Positions 27,880 to 36,944 of a stretch of DNA of 64,000 bases are shown here, piece by piece. Both the position numbers and the translations under genes were made by a program. The notes under the pieces were generated by a model. The model searched no databases, was not told the origin of the DNA, and saw nothing but the letters and a program-made list of their open reading frames with translations. Location: positions 174,551 to 238,550 of the forward strand of contig JWKQ01000002.1 in the NCBI GenBank assembly GCA_000806115.1. Reading direction: 5' to 3'. Position 1 is the stretch's first letter, and every line of letters begins with the position of its first letter. The DNA is from an archaeon GW2011_AR5 (GTDB lineage: Archaea; Aenigmatarchaeota; Aenigmatarchaeia; GW2011-AR5).

Positions 27880-28347
27880 TTATCCGTTGTAAGTCGGACG
27901 TTCGTTTTTGAATCTCAGATTTCCCCAGCTGCTGGAAAGCTTCTTGCATGTCTTGGAGAGTTCAGCTTCAATCTCGCTGTTCCAGATTTCCCACGTTTTT
28001 TTCACCCATGCAGCGGCCTTCTTCTCGTCGGGGTGCAGCATCAGTAGGTTGTTTTCCCATTTCAGGACCTGGATTTTCTTGTATATGTCGAAAAGCTTCT
28101 GGCGCTCCTCGTCTGTGAGCATTTCCTGCTCGAAAATGCACGAATAAGATTCGCTTCCGGCGATGACGGGCTCGATTATCTTCTCGGTGAACGTGAAAAT
28201 CCTTTCAGAAATCTCGTTCCGTATCTGGTCAAAGATTTTGTCGTTTTCTTCCAGCTCGAATTTGAATGTTTCCTTGAGTTCGTTAAGCTGCGGAAGTTTG
28301 AATTTGTCCTGCATTTTTCGGTATTGGCTGTGAAAATTCGAACTCAT
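27880..28347 (-). CDS. Hypothetical helical protein
   Basis: KFKLPQLNELKETFKFE..IRNEISERI; long ORF with coding-like composition. Confidence 0.65.
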   Translation of the reverse strand: MSSNFHSQYRKMQDKFKLPQLNELKETFKFELEENDKIFDQIRNEISERIFTFTEKIIEPVIAGSESYSCIFEQEMLTDEERQKLFDIYKKIQVLKWENNLLMLHPDEKKAAAWVKKTWEIWNSEIEAELSKTCKKLSSSWGNLRFKNERPTYNG

Positions 28348-28452
28348 TAATAATAGAGATGCGATAAAAACTATTAAAGCGTTCCTCGACCATTTTTCCT
28401 TAGAAGGCAATGAAAAAATTTCTCATGCGCAATAAAAATCCGGTGCAAGAAC

Positions 28453-29103
28453 ATGAAAATAGTGGTTAAAATCGGCGGGTCGGTTTCAATCGGCGAAACC
28501 GGGCCGAAATTTGCCTATTTTTCACGCCTCATGCCTGTCCTGAAAGAGCTGGGGAAGAAAAACCAGCTGATTGTGGTTATAGGCGGCGGAGGACTCACAA
28601 GGAGTTATGGAAAATCAATAGAGAAATTCCCCCTGAAAAACAGGGAAAAGGAAGGAATCTTCATCCAGCTCCTGAAGGCGAACGTGCTGTTCGTGTCTTC
28701 GCTGCTCGGAATGAAGCCTATTTTCTCCCTCGAAGAAGTCATGCCAAATACAAGCGGCGTCATAGGCGGTATTGCGCCGGGAAGGAGCACGGACGCCAAC
28801 GGCGCAATAGCTGCGAAGCGGATTCATGCCGACTTGTACATCAAGCTCACCAATGTGGACGGCGTATATGACAGGGACCCGAAGAAATTTCACGGCGCAA
28901 GGAGGCTTGACAGGCTGAAATATGAAGACATGAAGAAACTGGCGGTAAAAGGCAAGCCAAACAGCTACGGCGTGCTGGACAGGATGGCTGTGGAAACGCT
29001 TGCCTCGTCAGGCATCAGGACTGTTATAATAAATGGCAAAACACCCCGCGACGTGCTAAAGGTAATCAGGGGCGGGAAAATCGGCACGATAATAGAGAAC
29101 TAG
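28453..29103 (+). CDS. pyrH: Uridylate kinase (archaeal type)
   Basis: KIGGS, VIGGGG, PGRSTDA, TNVDGVYDRDPK. Confidence 0.85.
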   Translation: MKIVVKIGGSVSIGETGPKFAYFSRLMPVLKELGKKNQLIVVIGGGGLTRSYGKSIEKFPLKNREKEGIFIQLLKANVLFVSSLLGMKPIFSLEEVMPNTSGVIGGIAPGRSTDANGAIAAKRIHADLYIKLTNVDGVYDRDPKKFHGARRLDRLKYEDMKKLAVKGKPNSYGVLDRMAVETLASSGIRTVIINGKTPRDVLKVIRGGKIGTIIEN

Positions 29104-29112
29104 AATAGAGAA

Positions 29113-29211
29113 CTAGAACTGGAATGCGAAGATGCCAAGCCAGATCATCGCCGCGGCGAAGCCGACGACGATTATGGAGGCAGCAAACTTCTCCTCTTTC
29201 GTAAGATTCAT
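29113..29211 (-). CDS. Small single-pass membrane protein (32 aa)
   Basis: MNLTKEEKFAASIIVVGFAAAMIWLGIFAFQF; below ORF-track cutoff. Confidence 0.5.
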   Translation of the reverse strand: MNLTKEEKFAASIIVVGFAAAMIWLGIFAFQF

Positions 29212-29263
29212 GGTAATAAATCGATTTCTTGTATCTTAAAGTTTTCTGATTAAGCAAAATTAT

Positions 29264-29500
29264 GGGCTTGTAGTCTAGTACAGATCCCTTTTCGCGAAAA
29301 GGTCTCTGTATGCCCCAAAAGGCATATAGTGCTTGCGCAGATATTAAGGAATCTGTGGAAACTGGTATCTGCAAAGATCGGAGATCTTTGAGGTCCCGGT
29401 CTGCTAACGCAGACACGAGATGACGTTACCTTCACACGGTAAAGGCCGGCGGTTCGAAAGCTGTATTCTCTGGAAGCAGCCGATTGTCCGCCCGAGCCCA
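29264..29500 (+). tRNA. tRNA-Val(CAC) with three introns (D loop 29280-29361 and ~29368-29420; T loop ~29459-29486)
   Basis: Acceptor GGGCTTG/CGAGCCC-A; GTCT..TGAC D stem; TTACC-TTCACAC-GGTAA; GGCGG-TTCGAA|..|T-CCGCC. Confidence 0.82.
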
Positions 29501-29501
29501 T

Positions 29502-29924
29502 TTATTTTTTCTCAATAACGTGCTCTGTGAACTTGTCGCCGTTCCAGAGATGCTTGGCGGTGTGGTAGCTCCAACCCTTTCCAAGCAGGAACTCCACTTT
29601 GAATCTCATGAACGTAGCGTCAAGTTTTTCCGCGTCAACCTGCCCCTTGAGGTTGGGAAAGGGGTCCGTAAGGAACCTGTAGACTATCTTGGAGTCGGTA
29701 GCTTCAAGCTCGACTTTCAGTCCCACTGCCTCATCCCGCGCCTGCACGGCGCGCGCAAAGCTGTGTGCATCCCCTTTTTTGAATCCCGAGAACGTGTAGG
29801 ACTTGCCAAGGGTGCGTTCCATCACGCGCTGCATCATTTCCAGCGCAAAGCGTTCTCCTTTCTCTTCTTTCAGAACCAGAAAATATACTTCATGCAGTCC
29901 AAAAAACGGCGCATTGTACTCCAT
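29502..29924 (-). CDS. Hypothetical protein
   Basis: 140-aa ORF, YRFLTDPFP..TAKHLWNGDKFTEH. Confidence 0.6.
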   Translation of the reverse strand: MEYNAPFFGLHEVYFLVLKEEKGERFALEMMQRVMERTLGKSYTFSGFKKGDAHSFARAVQARDEAVGLKVELEATDSKIVYRFLTDPFPNLKGQVDAEKLDATFMRFKVEFLLGKGWSYHTAKHLWNGDKFTEHVIEKK

Positions 29925-29974
29925 GCTCCAACTATTTGTAAAATCCTTAAAAAGACTCGATATAGTTTAAACCT

Positions 29975-30961
29975 ATGAAAGCCACGGCAACCGCCAATGC
30001 AAACATAGCTCTCGTAAAGTACTGGGGAAAGCGTAGCAGCGACCGGATACTTCCGCAGAACGGCAGCATTTCCATGACGTGCGATGGAATGGCAACGAAA
30101 ACCACCGTCGAGTTCTCGGAGCAGCCCGAACATACGGTGATGATAAATGACGAGGAGTTCAAGAAGGACGAGAAAGACATTCACGGGCACATCGACAGGA
30201 TATGCAGGATGGCCGGCATCCGAAAACATGCAAAGGTTGTTTCTGAGTCCAATTTCCCGGTGGCGGCCGGACTGGCGAGCAGCGCCAGCGGATTTGCCGC
30301 GCTGACTGTTGCCACATGCGCGGCGGCAGGGCTGAAGCTTTCTCCGAGGGAACTTTCAATTCTTACGCGCCAGGGCTCGGGCTCGGCCTGCCGCTCGATC
30401 TTCGGAGGATTTGTCGAATGGCATCGCGGGCAGCGGGACGATGGAAGCGACAGCTATGCCGAGGAGATAAAGGACAAGAACCACTGGCCTGAGTTCAGGA
30501 TGATCGCCACTATAGTAGAATCAAAAAAGAAACCGGTGAGCAGCCGCGGCGGCATGGCTCAGACAGTCGCAACCTGCCCCTATTACAAGGACTGGCTTGC
30601 CACAGTGGACGAGGACCTGAAAAATATGAAAGAAGCTATTGAAGAGCGCGATTTTGAGAAAGTTGGCGGCATAGCCGAATTCAACGCGCTGAAGATGCAC
30701 GCCACGATGATAACCACGAAACCGTCAATAATATACTGGATTCCTGCGACAATGGAAATCATACATGCGGTCCGCCAGATGAGAGAGGAAGAAATACAAG
30801 CTTACTTCACGATGGACGCGGGGCCGAACGTGAAGGTGCTCTGCCAAGAGCGGGATGTTAAGGAAATAAGCATGCAGCTGGCGGAGCTGGAAGGCGTCGC
30901 GAACACGATACTGTGCAAGCCGGGCGATGGCGCTAAAATAGTTAGCGAGCACTTATTCTAA
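29975..30961 (+). CDS. mvaD: Diphosphomevalonate decarboxylase
   Basis: NIALVKYWGK, AAGLASSASGFAAL, GSGSACRS, TMDAGPNV. Confidence 0.92.
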   Translation: MKATATANANIALVKYWGKRSSDRILPQNGSISMTCDGMATKTTVEFSEQPEHTVMINDEEFKKDEKDIHGHIDRICRMAGIRKHAKVVSESNFPVAAGLASSASGFAALTVATCAAAGLKLSPRELSILTRQGSGSACRSIFGGFVEWHRGQRDDGSDSYAEEIKDKNHWPEFRMIATIVESKKKPVSSRGGMAQTVATCPYYKDWLATVDEDLKNMKEAIEERDFEKVGGIAEFNALKMHATMITTKPSIIYWIPATMEIIHAVRQMREEEIQAYFTMDAGPNVKVLCQERDVKEISMQLAELEGVANTILCKPGDGAKIVSEHLF

Positions 30962-30963
30962 GC

Positions 30964-31599
30964 ATGATATATGCCTCCGATTTCGCCGGGGTTATTGCAG
31001 ACAGCGGATATGGAAGAAAGCTTGGGATAATAATTATGGACAAGAAAAATGTAAAGCTTCTTCTGTCAAAGAGCGTTGAGTATTTCGAGGTAATAGACAA
31101 ATCAAACAAGGTTATAGGAAAAGCTCCGAGAGACGAGTGCCACAGGAAAGGGCTGCTGCACCGTGCTGTCCATATAATGATACTGAACAGGAAGGGCGAA
31201 TTTCTCCTGCAGAAGCGAAGCAAAAAGAAGGATCTCTATTCGGGATGGTGGACGTCTTCGGCGAGCGGACACGTGGCCAGCGGAGATGACTATGACGAAA
31301 CGGCGGCAAGGGAACTGGAAGAGGAGCTCGGGGTAAAAGCAAAACTCAAGCCCATGTTCGTAGTTGTAAAGAACTACAAGGGAGAAGGCAAACACGACCG
31401 CGAGCGCATCAAGTTCTACATAGGCAGCCATGACGGGCCGTTCGGGATTAACAGGGAAGAAGTGGACAAGGTAAGATTTTTCACGCCAAAAAAGATAAAT
31501 GAGATGATGAAAAAGGAGAAGTTCACGCCGGGGACGGTTTCTGTGCTGAAAGAGCTCCGGAAGCATCCTGAACTCTTAAAAAGACTGAGTCTATCCTAA
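30964..31599 (+). CDS. NUDIX hydrolase, IDI-like (start may be 31036)
   Basis: HRKGLLHRAVHI..LQKRSKKKD..W..SASGHV..RELEEELG. Confidence 0.8.
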   Translation: MIYASDFAGVIADSGYGRKLGIIIMDKKNVKLLLSKSVEYFEVIDKSNKVIGKAPRDECHRKGLLHRAVHIMILNRKGEFLLQKRSKKKDLYSGWWTSSASGHVASGDDYDETAARELEEELGVKAKLKPMFVVVKNYKGEGKHDRERIKFYIGSHDGPFGINREEVDKVRFFTPKKINEMMKKEKFTPGTVSVLKELRKHPELLKRLSLS

Positions 31600-31603
31600 T
31601 TAC

Positions 31604-32626
31604 ATGGCCATTGCATCGGCGCCGGGAAAAGTGCATTTGATAGGCGAGCACGCAGTGGTTTATGGAGAACCGGCGATAATTGCGTCTATAGGACTAAGAA
31701 CAAAAGCAAAGGCAGAAAAATCGGGCAAAATTCGTTACAAGGATGACAGATGGAATCATAATGATTCTTTTTCTATCGATGACGTGAAGTCCACTTCCAT
31801 TGAAGTTCTGAATTTGTGGAAAAAATGTGCAGAGAACAAAAACTTCTTGCCTCTTTTCGAGAACATCAAGGCGAATAATTATGAAAATTACAAGAAAGCT
31901 GTGGCCGGTATTGCCGTTGAAAATCTTGGAATAGAAGGCGGAATATCCATAGAAATGGAGTCGGACGTTCCTTCCGGTGCAGGCGTTGGATCGTCGTCTT
32001 CCCTCGAGGCGGCGGTGATACAGGCAATGGCGGCAGAATACGGGAAAAAAATCTCTATCGAAGAGATTAATTCAATAACGTTCCGGATGGAGGAGATCAT
32101 CCATGGCACGCCGAGCGGCGGAGATAATTCCGCATGCTGCTTCGGGCGCGTTATCTGGTTCCAGAAGGGCACTCCAAATATAATCAAGCCTCTTTCATTG
32201 CCGCATAAGCTGGAGAATTTTGTCCTTGTTTACACGAAGCCTCCTGAGAAGAACACGGGAGAACTGGTTCAACTGGTAAGAAATCTTGGCGAGTCATTCA
32301 GGGGCCCGCGTGTTCAGGAACTTGGGAAGATGACGCATCAGATGCTTGAAGCGCTAAAAAAGAAGGACATCAAGACAATCCAGAATCTGATAAACAAAAC
32401 CCAGAAGAATTTGAAGGAGCTGGGTGTTTCCGTCCCTGAAATAGACGAGATTGCCTCAGCCGTCGTCGATATCGGAGGCGCGGCGAAGCTCTGCGGGGCG
32501 GGTGGCGGCGGAATGATGCTTTGTCACCACAGTGACAAGGAAAAGCTGGTTGATACGATTAAATCTCTTGGATACGAACCGATAGAAACAGAGCTTGCTG
32601 TTGAAGGTGTCAAAATTGAAAAATAG
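31604..32626 (+). CDS. mvk: Mevalonate kinase
   Basis: APGKVHLIGEHAVVYG, PSGAGVGSSS, HGTPSGGD, KLCGAGGGG. Confidence 0.93.
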   Translation: MAIASAPGKVHLIGEHAVVYGEPAIIASIGLRTKAKAEKSGKIRYKDDRWNHNDSFSIDDVKSTSIEVLNLWKKCAENKNFLPLFENIKANNYENYKKAVAGIAVENLGIEGGISIEMESDVPSGAGVGSSSSLEAAVIQAMAAEYGKKISIEEINSITFRMEEIIHGTPSGGDNSACCFGRVIWFQKGTPNIIKPLSLPHKLENFVLVYTKPPEKNTGELVQLVRNLGESFRGPRVQELGKMTHQMLEALKKKDIKTIQNLINKTQKNLKELGVSVPEIDEIASAVVDIGGAAKLCGAGGGGMMLCHHSDKEKLVDTIKSLGYEPIETELAVEGVKIEK

Positions 32627-33728
32627 TTATAGCGCCCCGGGAAAACTCTTCATAAGCGGCGAATGGGCAATTCTTGAAGTCGGTAATTTCGGCTTGGTTG
32701 CGGCGGTGAACAATCGTGTCCGCGTTTCTATTGAGCCTGCAGGGCATACAAGCGTGACTGCCGCGGAATTTGGCATACAGGACGCCAAAGCCCATTATGA
32801 AAGCGGCAAAATTTCCTTCCCGGACATCGATGACAGGCAGAAAGACACTCTGAAGCTCCTGGGCGAGGCGCTTTCTGTTTCACTGAGATATCTTGAAGAG
32901 AACGGAACAGCTGCAAAACATTTTCACTTGTCAACAAGCAGCAAGGACACGCAGTTCGAGGTTAACGGGGAGCTGAAGAAGGTCGGATTCGGCTCTTCCG
33001 CAGCCGTGGTTGTGGCTACTGTCGCCGCGGTCCTTGATTTTCACGGATATGCCGCAACAAAAGACGAGATTTACAAGCTCTCCACCATCGCACATTATTA
33101 TGCGCAAGGCAAGGTAGGCTCTGCATTTGATGTTGCCGCGTCCACTTACGGAGGTTTGTTTGTCTACAGCCGTTTTGACCCGCAATGGCTGACAAAAAAT
33201 GTCGAGGCTGGCGGATCTTTGAAAAACATCGTGAATCAGGAATGGCCGAGTCTTGTAATCGAGGAGATGGACGTGCCCAATAATTTTGAGCTGCTTGTAG
33301 GCTGGACAGGCGAGTCTGCATCCACCAGCGCCGCGATAAAGCAGATGAACGAGTTCAAAGCAAGGAACAGTGAAGAATATTTCAGGCTTTACAATAACAT
33401 CGCTTCCGTAGCAGGGCGCGCGATTGAAAAATTCAAATCCGGGAACAATGACGATTTTCTTGAATGCCTGAAGGAAAATGAAAAAGCCTTGAGAGAACTC
33501 GGCGAAGCCAGCGGCGTGAATATTGAAACGCCCGAACTTTGGAAGCTTTCTGAAATCGCTGCTGACTACGGCGCCGCGGGAAAGTTGAGCGGCGCGGGCG
33601 GCGGAGATTGTGGAATTGCCGTTTGTTTCGACGATGTCACCGCAAATAACATAATGGCGGCATGGCAGGACGAAGGACTGGTGCCGCTGGACGTTACAAT
33701 AGACAGGCATGGCGTAAGGAAGGATTAA
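32616..33728 (+). CDS. Phosphomevalonate kinase (GHMP, Gram-positive/ERG8 type)
   Basis: APGKLFISGEWAILE, KVGFGSSAA, GSAFDVAAS, GWTG..AST, KLSGAGGGDCG. Confidence 0.9.
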   Translation: MKNSYSAPGKLFISGEWAILEVGNFGLVAAVNNRVRVSIEPAGHTSVTAAEFGIQDAKAHYESGKISFPDIDDRQKDTLKLLGEALSVSLRYLEENGTAAKHFHLSTSSKDTQFEVNGELKKVGFGSSAAVVVATVAAVLDFHGYAATKDEIYKLSTIAHYYAQGKVGSAFDVAASTYGGLFVYSRFDPQWLTKNVEAGGSLKNIVNQEWPSLVIEEMDVPNNFELLVGWTGESASTSAAIKQMNEFKARNSEEYFRLYNNIASVAGRAIEKFKSGNNDDFLECLKENEKALRELGEASGVNIETPELWKLSEIAADYGAAGKLSGAGGGDCGIAVCFDDVTANNIMAAWQDEGLVPLDVTIDRHGVRKD

Positions 33729-33752
33729 ATTCATTTCTTTCTAAGTTCTGGC

Positions 33753-34271
33753 ATGGAAGAAGTTATTCTTGTAGACAGCGAAGACAACGAGCTCGGCTTG
33801 AAGGAAAAGATGGAAACGCACCGCAACCCCGTGCCGCTTCATCGCGCGTTCTCTGTTTTTATACTGAATGACAAGGACCAGCTTCTTATCACCAAACGCA
33901 ACGGCAGCAAAAAAACATGGCCCGGGTTCTGGTCCAACTCGTGCTGCAGCCACCCAAGGAACGGGGAGCCGGCGGAACTCGCCGGACAGCGCCGCCTGGA
34001 AGAAGAGCTTGGGTTTACCTGCGAACTAACTTTCCTTTTCAAGTTTGAATATTCCGCGGTTTTTGACAGGGACTGGGGGGAGAACGAGCTCGATCACGTG
34101 CTTGTCGGGTATTACAGCGGCGACGTCAAGCCAAATGAGGAAGAAGTTGAAGAAATCAAGTGGATAGACCTCGACGAGCTAAGAAATGACATGGAGAAGA
34201 ATCCTGGCAAATACACACCTTGGTTCAAATTATGTTTCCGCCGGTTTTTATATCATATAGGCAAAACATAG
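33753..34271 (+). CDS. idi: Isopentenyl-diphosphate delta-isomerase type 1
   Basis: LHRAFSVF, WSNSCCSHP, ENELDHV, YTPWF. Confidence 0.93.
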   Translation: MEEVILVDSEDNELGLKEKMETHRNPVPLHRAFSVFILNDKDQLLITKRNGSKKTWPGFWSNSCCSHPRNGEPAELAGQRRLEEELGFTCELTFLFKFEYSAVFDRDWGENELDHVLVGYYSGDVKPNEEEVEEIKWIDLDELRNDMEKNPGKYTPWFKLCFRRFLYHIGKT

Positions 34272-34278
34272 AATAAAA

Positions 34279-34467
34279 TTAATTTGGTCTTTTCATTACG
34301 CGCGTCAGGTAGCCTACAACCCTGTTTCTCATTCTCTTATTCTGAATGAGGCCAAGCTCTTTTACAGCATCCTTATTCTTTTCGAAATCCGCCGAAAACT
34401 TGTCCTTGTAAGCCTCTTTAAGCTGGAAAGACGCTTTTTTGATGTCCTTTGTTCTGACATTTCCCAT
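34279..34467 (-). CDS. rps17e: 30S ribosomal protein S17e
   Basis: MGNVRTKDIK..F..DFEKNK..KRMRNRVVGY. Confidence 0.93.
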   Translation of the reverse strand: MGNVRTKDIKKASFQLKEAYKDKFSADFEKNKDAVKELGLIQNKRMRNRVVGYLTRVMKRPN

Positions 34468-34544
34468 TTGTAATCACTCTCAAAATATGACTAAGGTTTC
34501 TTTCTTGGCAACCCTTTAATACGTTCTTGTAGCCACTTTAATCT

Positions 34545-35510
34545 ATGAAAGCGCTTGTAGCAAGAAGCCCGGCGGGGTTTTTTGCCTTTTCCGAGAACGG
34601 AGAGCTTCTTTACTATAAGCTATGGAACCAGAAAACAGCCCTCGAGAAGTTCGCTTCCAGGGAATTGGACAGGGATTTCATTGCGGGGCTGTCAGGCTAC
34701 ACGCTGGAAGAGTCGCCCAAGGCATATGGTTTTCTGCGAAAAAACTTCCGCGAATATGCAAAGACGCTCGGTTTTGCCAAGGACGACGGCGAGCTGAACG
34801 AATTTCTCTCGGGTTTCTCCATTGGACTGTCAAAGAGGAATCTCATGGGCACCATAGGCAGGGACCGCCTTGTCGTTCAGTCTGTACGTTCGCTGGACGA
34901 CATCAGCCGCGCGGTTAACGTATTTCTTGAGAGACTCTACGAGTGGTTTTCGCTGCATTATCCCGAGATGAAAAATGCAAGCGTCAAGGACATAGTGCTC
35001 AAGCATGGCAGGAGGGACAACATTCCGGGCTTCAAGTCCAGCACAGGCGTGGACCTCGGCGAGGAGGACGAGAAAGCGGTGGCGGAGTTTGCCAAAGCCA
35101 TAGACGGACTGGAAAAGGAGAAGAAGCTCCTTGAGAAATACGTATCTTCCGCAATGAAGGAAATCGCGCCCAACTTTGCCGCGCTCGTCGACCCGCTTCT
35201 AGGGGCGCGGATTGTCGCGGCGGCGGGCTCGCTTGAAAAACTGGCAAGGATGCCTGCTTCAACAATACAGCTTCTCGGCGCAGAAAAAGCCCTGTTTCGT
35301 CATCTTCATCAGAAGGGAAAAAGCCCAAAGTACGGCATAATTTACAACTCGCCGCTGGTGCAGAACGCGGGCGAGCACAAGGGAAAAGTAGCAAGGATTT
35401 TATCTTCGAAGCTTATGCTGGCAGCGCGCATAGATTATTATTCCGGCAGGGACGAATCTGAAAAACTGAAACGCGAACTTGATGAGGAGATAAGGAAGGT
35501 AAAAATATGA
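34545..35510 (+). CDS. nop5: Nop5/Nop56 C/D box RNP protein
   Basis: EWFSLHYPE, MPASTIQLLGAEKALFRHL, PKYGII. Confidence 0.92.
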   Translation: MKALVARSPAGFFAFSENGELLYYKLWNQKTALEKFASRELDRDFIAGLSGYTLEESPKAYGFLRKNFREYAKTLGFAKDDGELNEFLSGFSIGLSKRNLMGTIGRDRLVVQSVRSLDDISRAVNVFLERLYEWFSLHYPEMKNASVKDIVLKHGRRDNIPGFKSSTGVDLGEEDEKAVAEFAKAIDGLEKEKKLLEKYVSSAMKEIAPNFAALVDPLLGARIVAAAGSLEKLARMPASTIQLLGAEKALFRHLHQKGKSPKYGIIYNSPLVQNAGEHKGKVARILSSKLMLAARIDYYSGRDESEKLKRELDEEIRKVKI

Positions 35511-36334
35511 AAGAAATATTTTCCGGCGTATTCAGGGACGGAAACAGGGTTTACACGGCTAATCTTAACCCCGGGAAGAGCGTCTACGGAGAAAAACTGC
35601 TGGATATAGTGAACCCAGAAAAGAAACACGACATGAATTCTGGGTTCACAGATAGTTCCCAAGGAAATAATACAAGAAAGAACGAAGTTCTTTCTGTACA
35701 GCAAGAATCGAAGATTCTTGCTCGTATCCATAATGTTTCCTTGGAGAACTATAAACAGGCAGACGCAAAACAAACAGACGCCGAAGGCGTCATGCAGCTC
35801 AGAGAATGGGATCCGAGAAGAAGCAAACTCGGCGCCGCTATAACAAACGGCTTGAAGGAATTGCCTGTCAAGCCGGGAAGCGTAGTTCTTTACCTTGGAG
35901 CTTCGACAGGCACCACAATTTCTCACGTCAGCGATATTGTAGGAAAAGACGGTTTTGTTTATGGCATTGAGTTTGCAGAGAGAGTTCTGAGGAATCTTCT
36001 GGACCTGGCGAACCGAAGAAAGAACATAGCGTCGATGCTCGGCGACGCAAGAAAGACGGAACAATACAGGTGGGTTGAGGAATGCGATGTTGTGTTCTGC
36101 GACATAGCAGATCCCCAGGAAACGGAGATAGCAATCCGCAACTGCGAGTTCCTGAAGAAGGGCGGATACCTGATGATAGCGATAAAATCCCAGAGCATAG
36201 ACGTCACGAAGAAACCGAAAGACGTGTACGAACAGGAGAAAAACAAGCTGGAGAAGGCAGGCTTCAGGATTATACAGATGATTGACCTTGAGCCGCACGA
36301 AGAGAAGCATGCCATGATTGTTGCAAAGAAGTGA
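35507..36334 (+). CDS. flpA: Fibrillarin (2'-O-methyltransferase) with ~60-aa repeat-derived insertion
   Basis: PGKSVYGEKL..[insert]..REWDPRRSKL, VLYLGASTGTTISHVSD, IKSQSID. Confidence 0.93.
   Translation: MKEIFSGVFRDGNRVYTANLNPGKSVYGEKLLDIVNPEKKHDMNSGFTDSSQGNNTRKNEVLSVQQESKILARIHNVSLENYKQADAKQTDAEGVMQLREWDPRRSKLGAAITNGLKELPVKPGSVVLYLGASTGTTISHVSDIVGKDGFVYGIEFAERVLRNLLDLANRRKNIASMLGDARKTEQYRWVEECDVVFCDIADPQETEIAIRNCEFLKKGGYLMIAIKSQSIDVTKKPKDVYEQEKNKLEKAGFRIIQMIDLEPHEEKHAMIVAKK
35605..35753 (+). repeat. Family A element inserted in frame in fibrillarin (149 bp; two extra nested GAA-loop hairpins)
   Basis: Matches 27675 and 628; removing 147 bp (leaving one TA) keeps the frame. Confidence 0.92.
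35762..35797 (+). repeat. Family B element in fibrillarin
   Basis: GACGCAAAACAAACA-GACGCC-GAA-GGCGTC-ATGCAG, encoding DAKQTDAEGVMQ. Confidence 0.8.
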
Positions 36335-36944
36335 TTTCGTGGGAAAAATAAAAGTGATATTCTTTGATATTGGCGGGGTTTATTGCAGGGAGTCAGGAGC
36401 CTGCGCCGTAATGAAGGCTTCGAATTTGACAAATAGAAGCTTTGAGGACGTATTGAAAATATTTCACGAGATATGGAAAGACTTCGGAGTTGGAAATGTG
36501 TCTCCGGAGGAATATTACAGTTTTCTGTCGTCGGAACTCGGAATCGACACCGGCACTCTGGCAGAGATATGGACCGATGACGAGCTCTTTGTCATAAACC
36601 CCGACGTGGAGTCCTTGATAGTTGAGTTGAAAAAGAGGAATTATACGGTTGCATCAATAACAGATGTAGATCCTATCCACACAAAAATCAGGACGGAGAG
36701 GGGCATATACAATGCATTTGAATTTGTTATTGACTCCATTTCTGTGAGGGCGCAGAAAAAGTTCGGAAAGGTGATATATGAAAAGGCGCTGGAAATGGCT
36801 AAAACAGAACCCGAAGAATGCATCATGATTGACGACACTCCGGAAAAGCTTGTTCCAGCAAAAGAGCTCGGAATGCACACGATTCTTTTCATGGATGCAG
36901 GACAACTGAAAAAGGAGCTTATGGAATTTGGCGTGGAAATCTAG
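36318..36944 (+). CDS. HAD-superfamily phosphatase
   Basis: FFDIGGV motif I, MIDD motif IV. Confidence 0.88.
   Translation: MLQRSDFVGKIKVIFFDIGGVYCRESGACAVMKASNLTNRSFEDVLKIFHEIWKDFGVGNVSPEEYYSFLSSELGIDTGTLAEIWTDDELFVINPDVESLIVELKKRNYTVASITDVDPIHTKIRTERGIYNAFEFVIDSISVRAQKKFGKVIYEKALEMAKTEPEECIMIDDTPEKLVPAKELGMHTILFMDAGQLKKELMEFGVEI

Noticed and set aside
28453-29103. Isopentenyl phosphate kinase, given the nearby mevalonate operon
   Set aside because: PGRSTD and TNVDGVY.DP motifs fit UMP kinase, and the IPK HGxGSFGH motif is absent
29264-29500. RNase P or SRP RNA
   Set aside because: Fully explained as intron-containing tRNA-Val(CAC)
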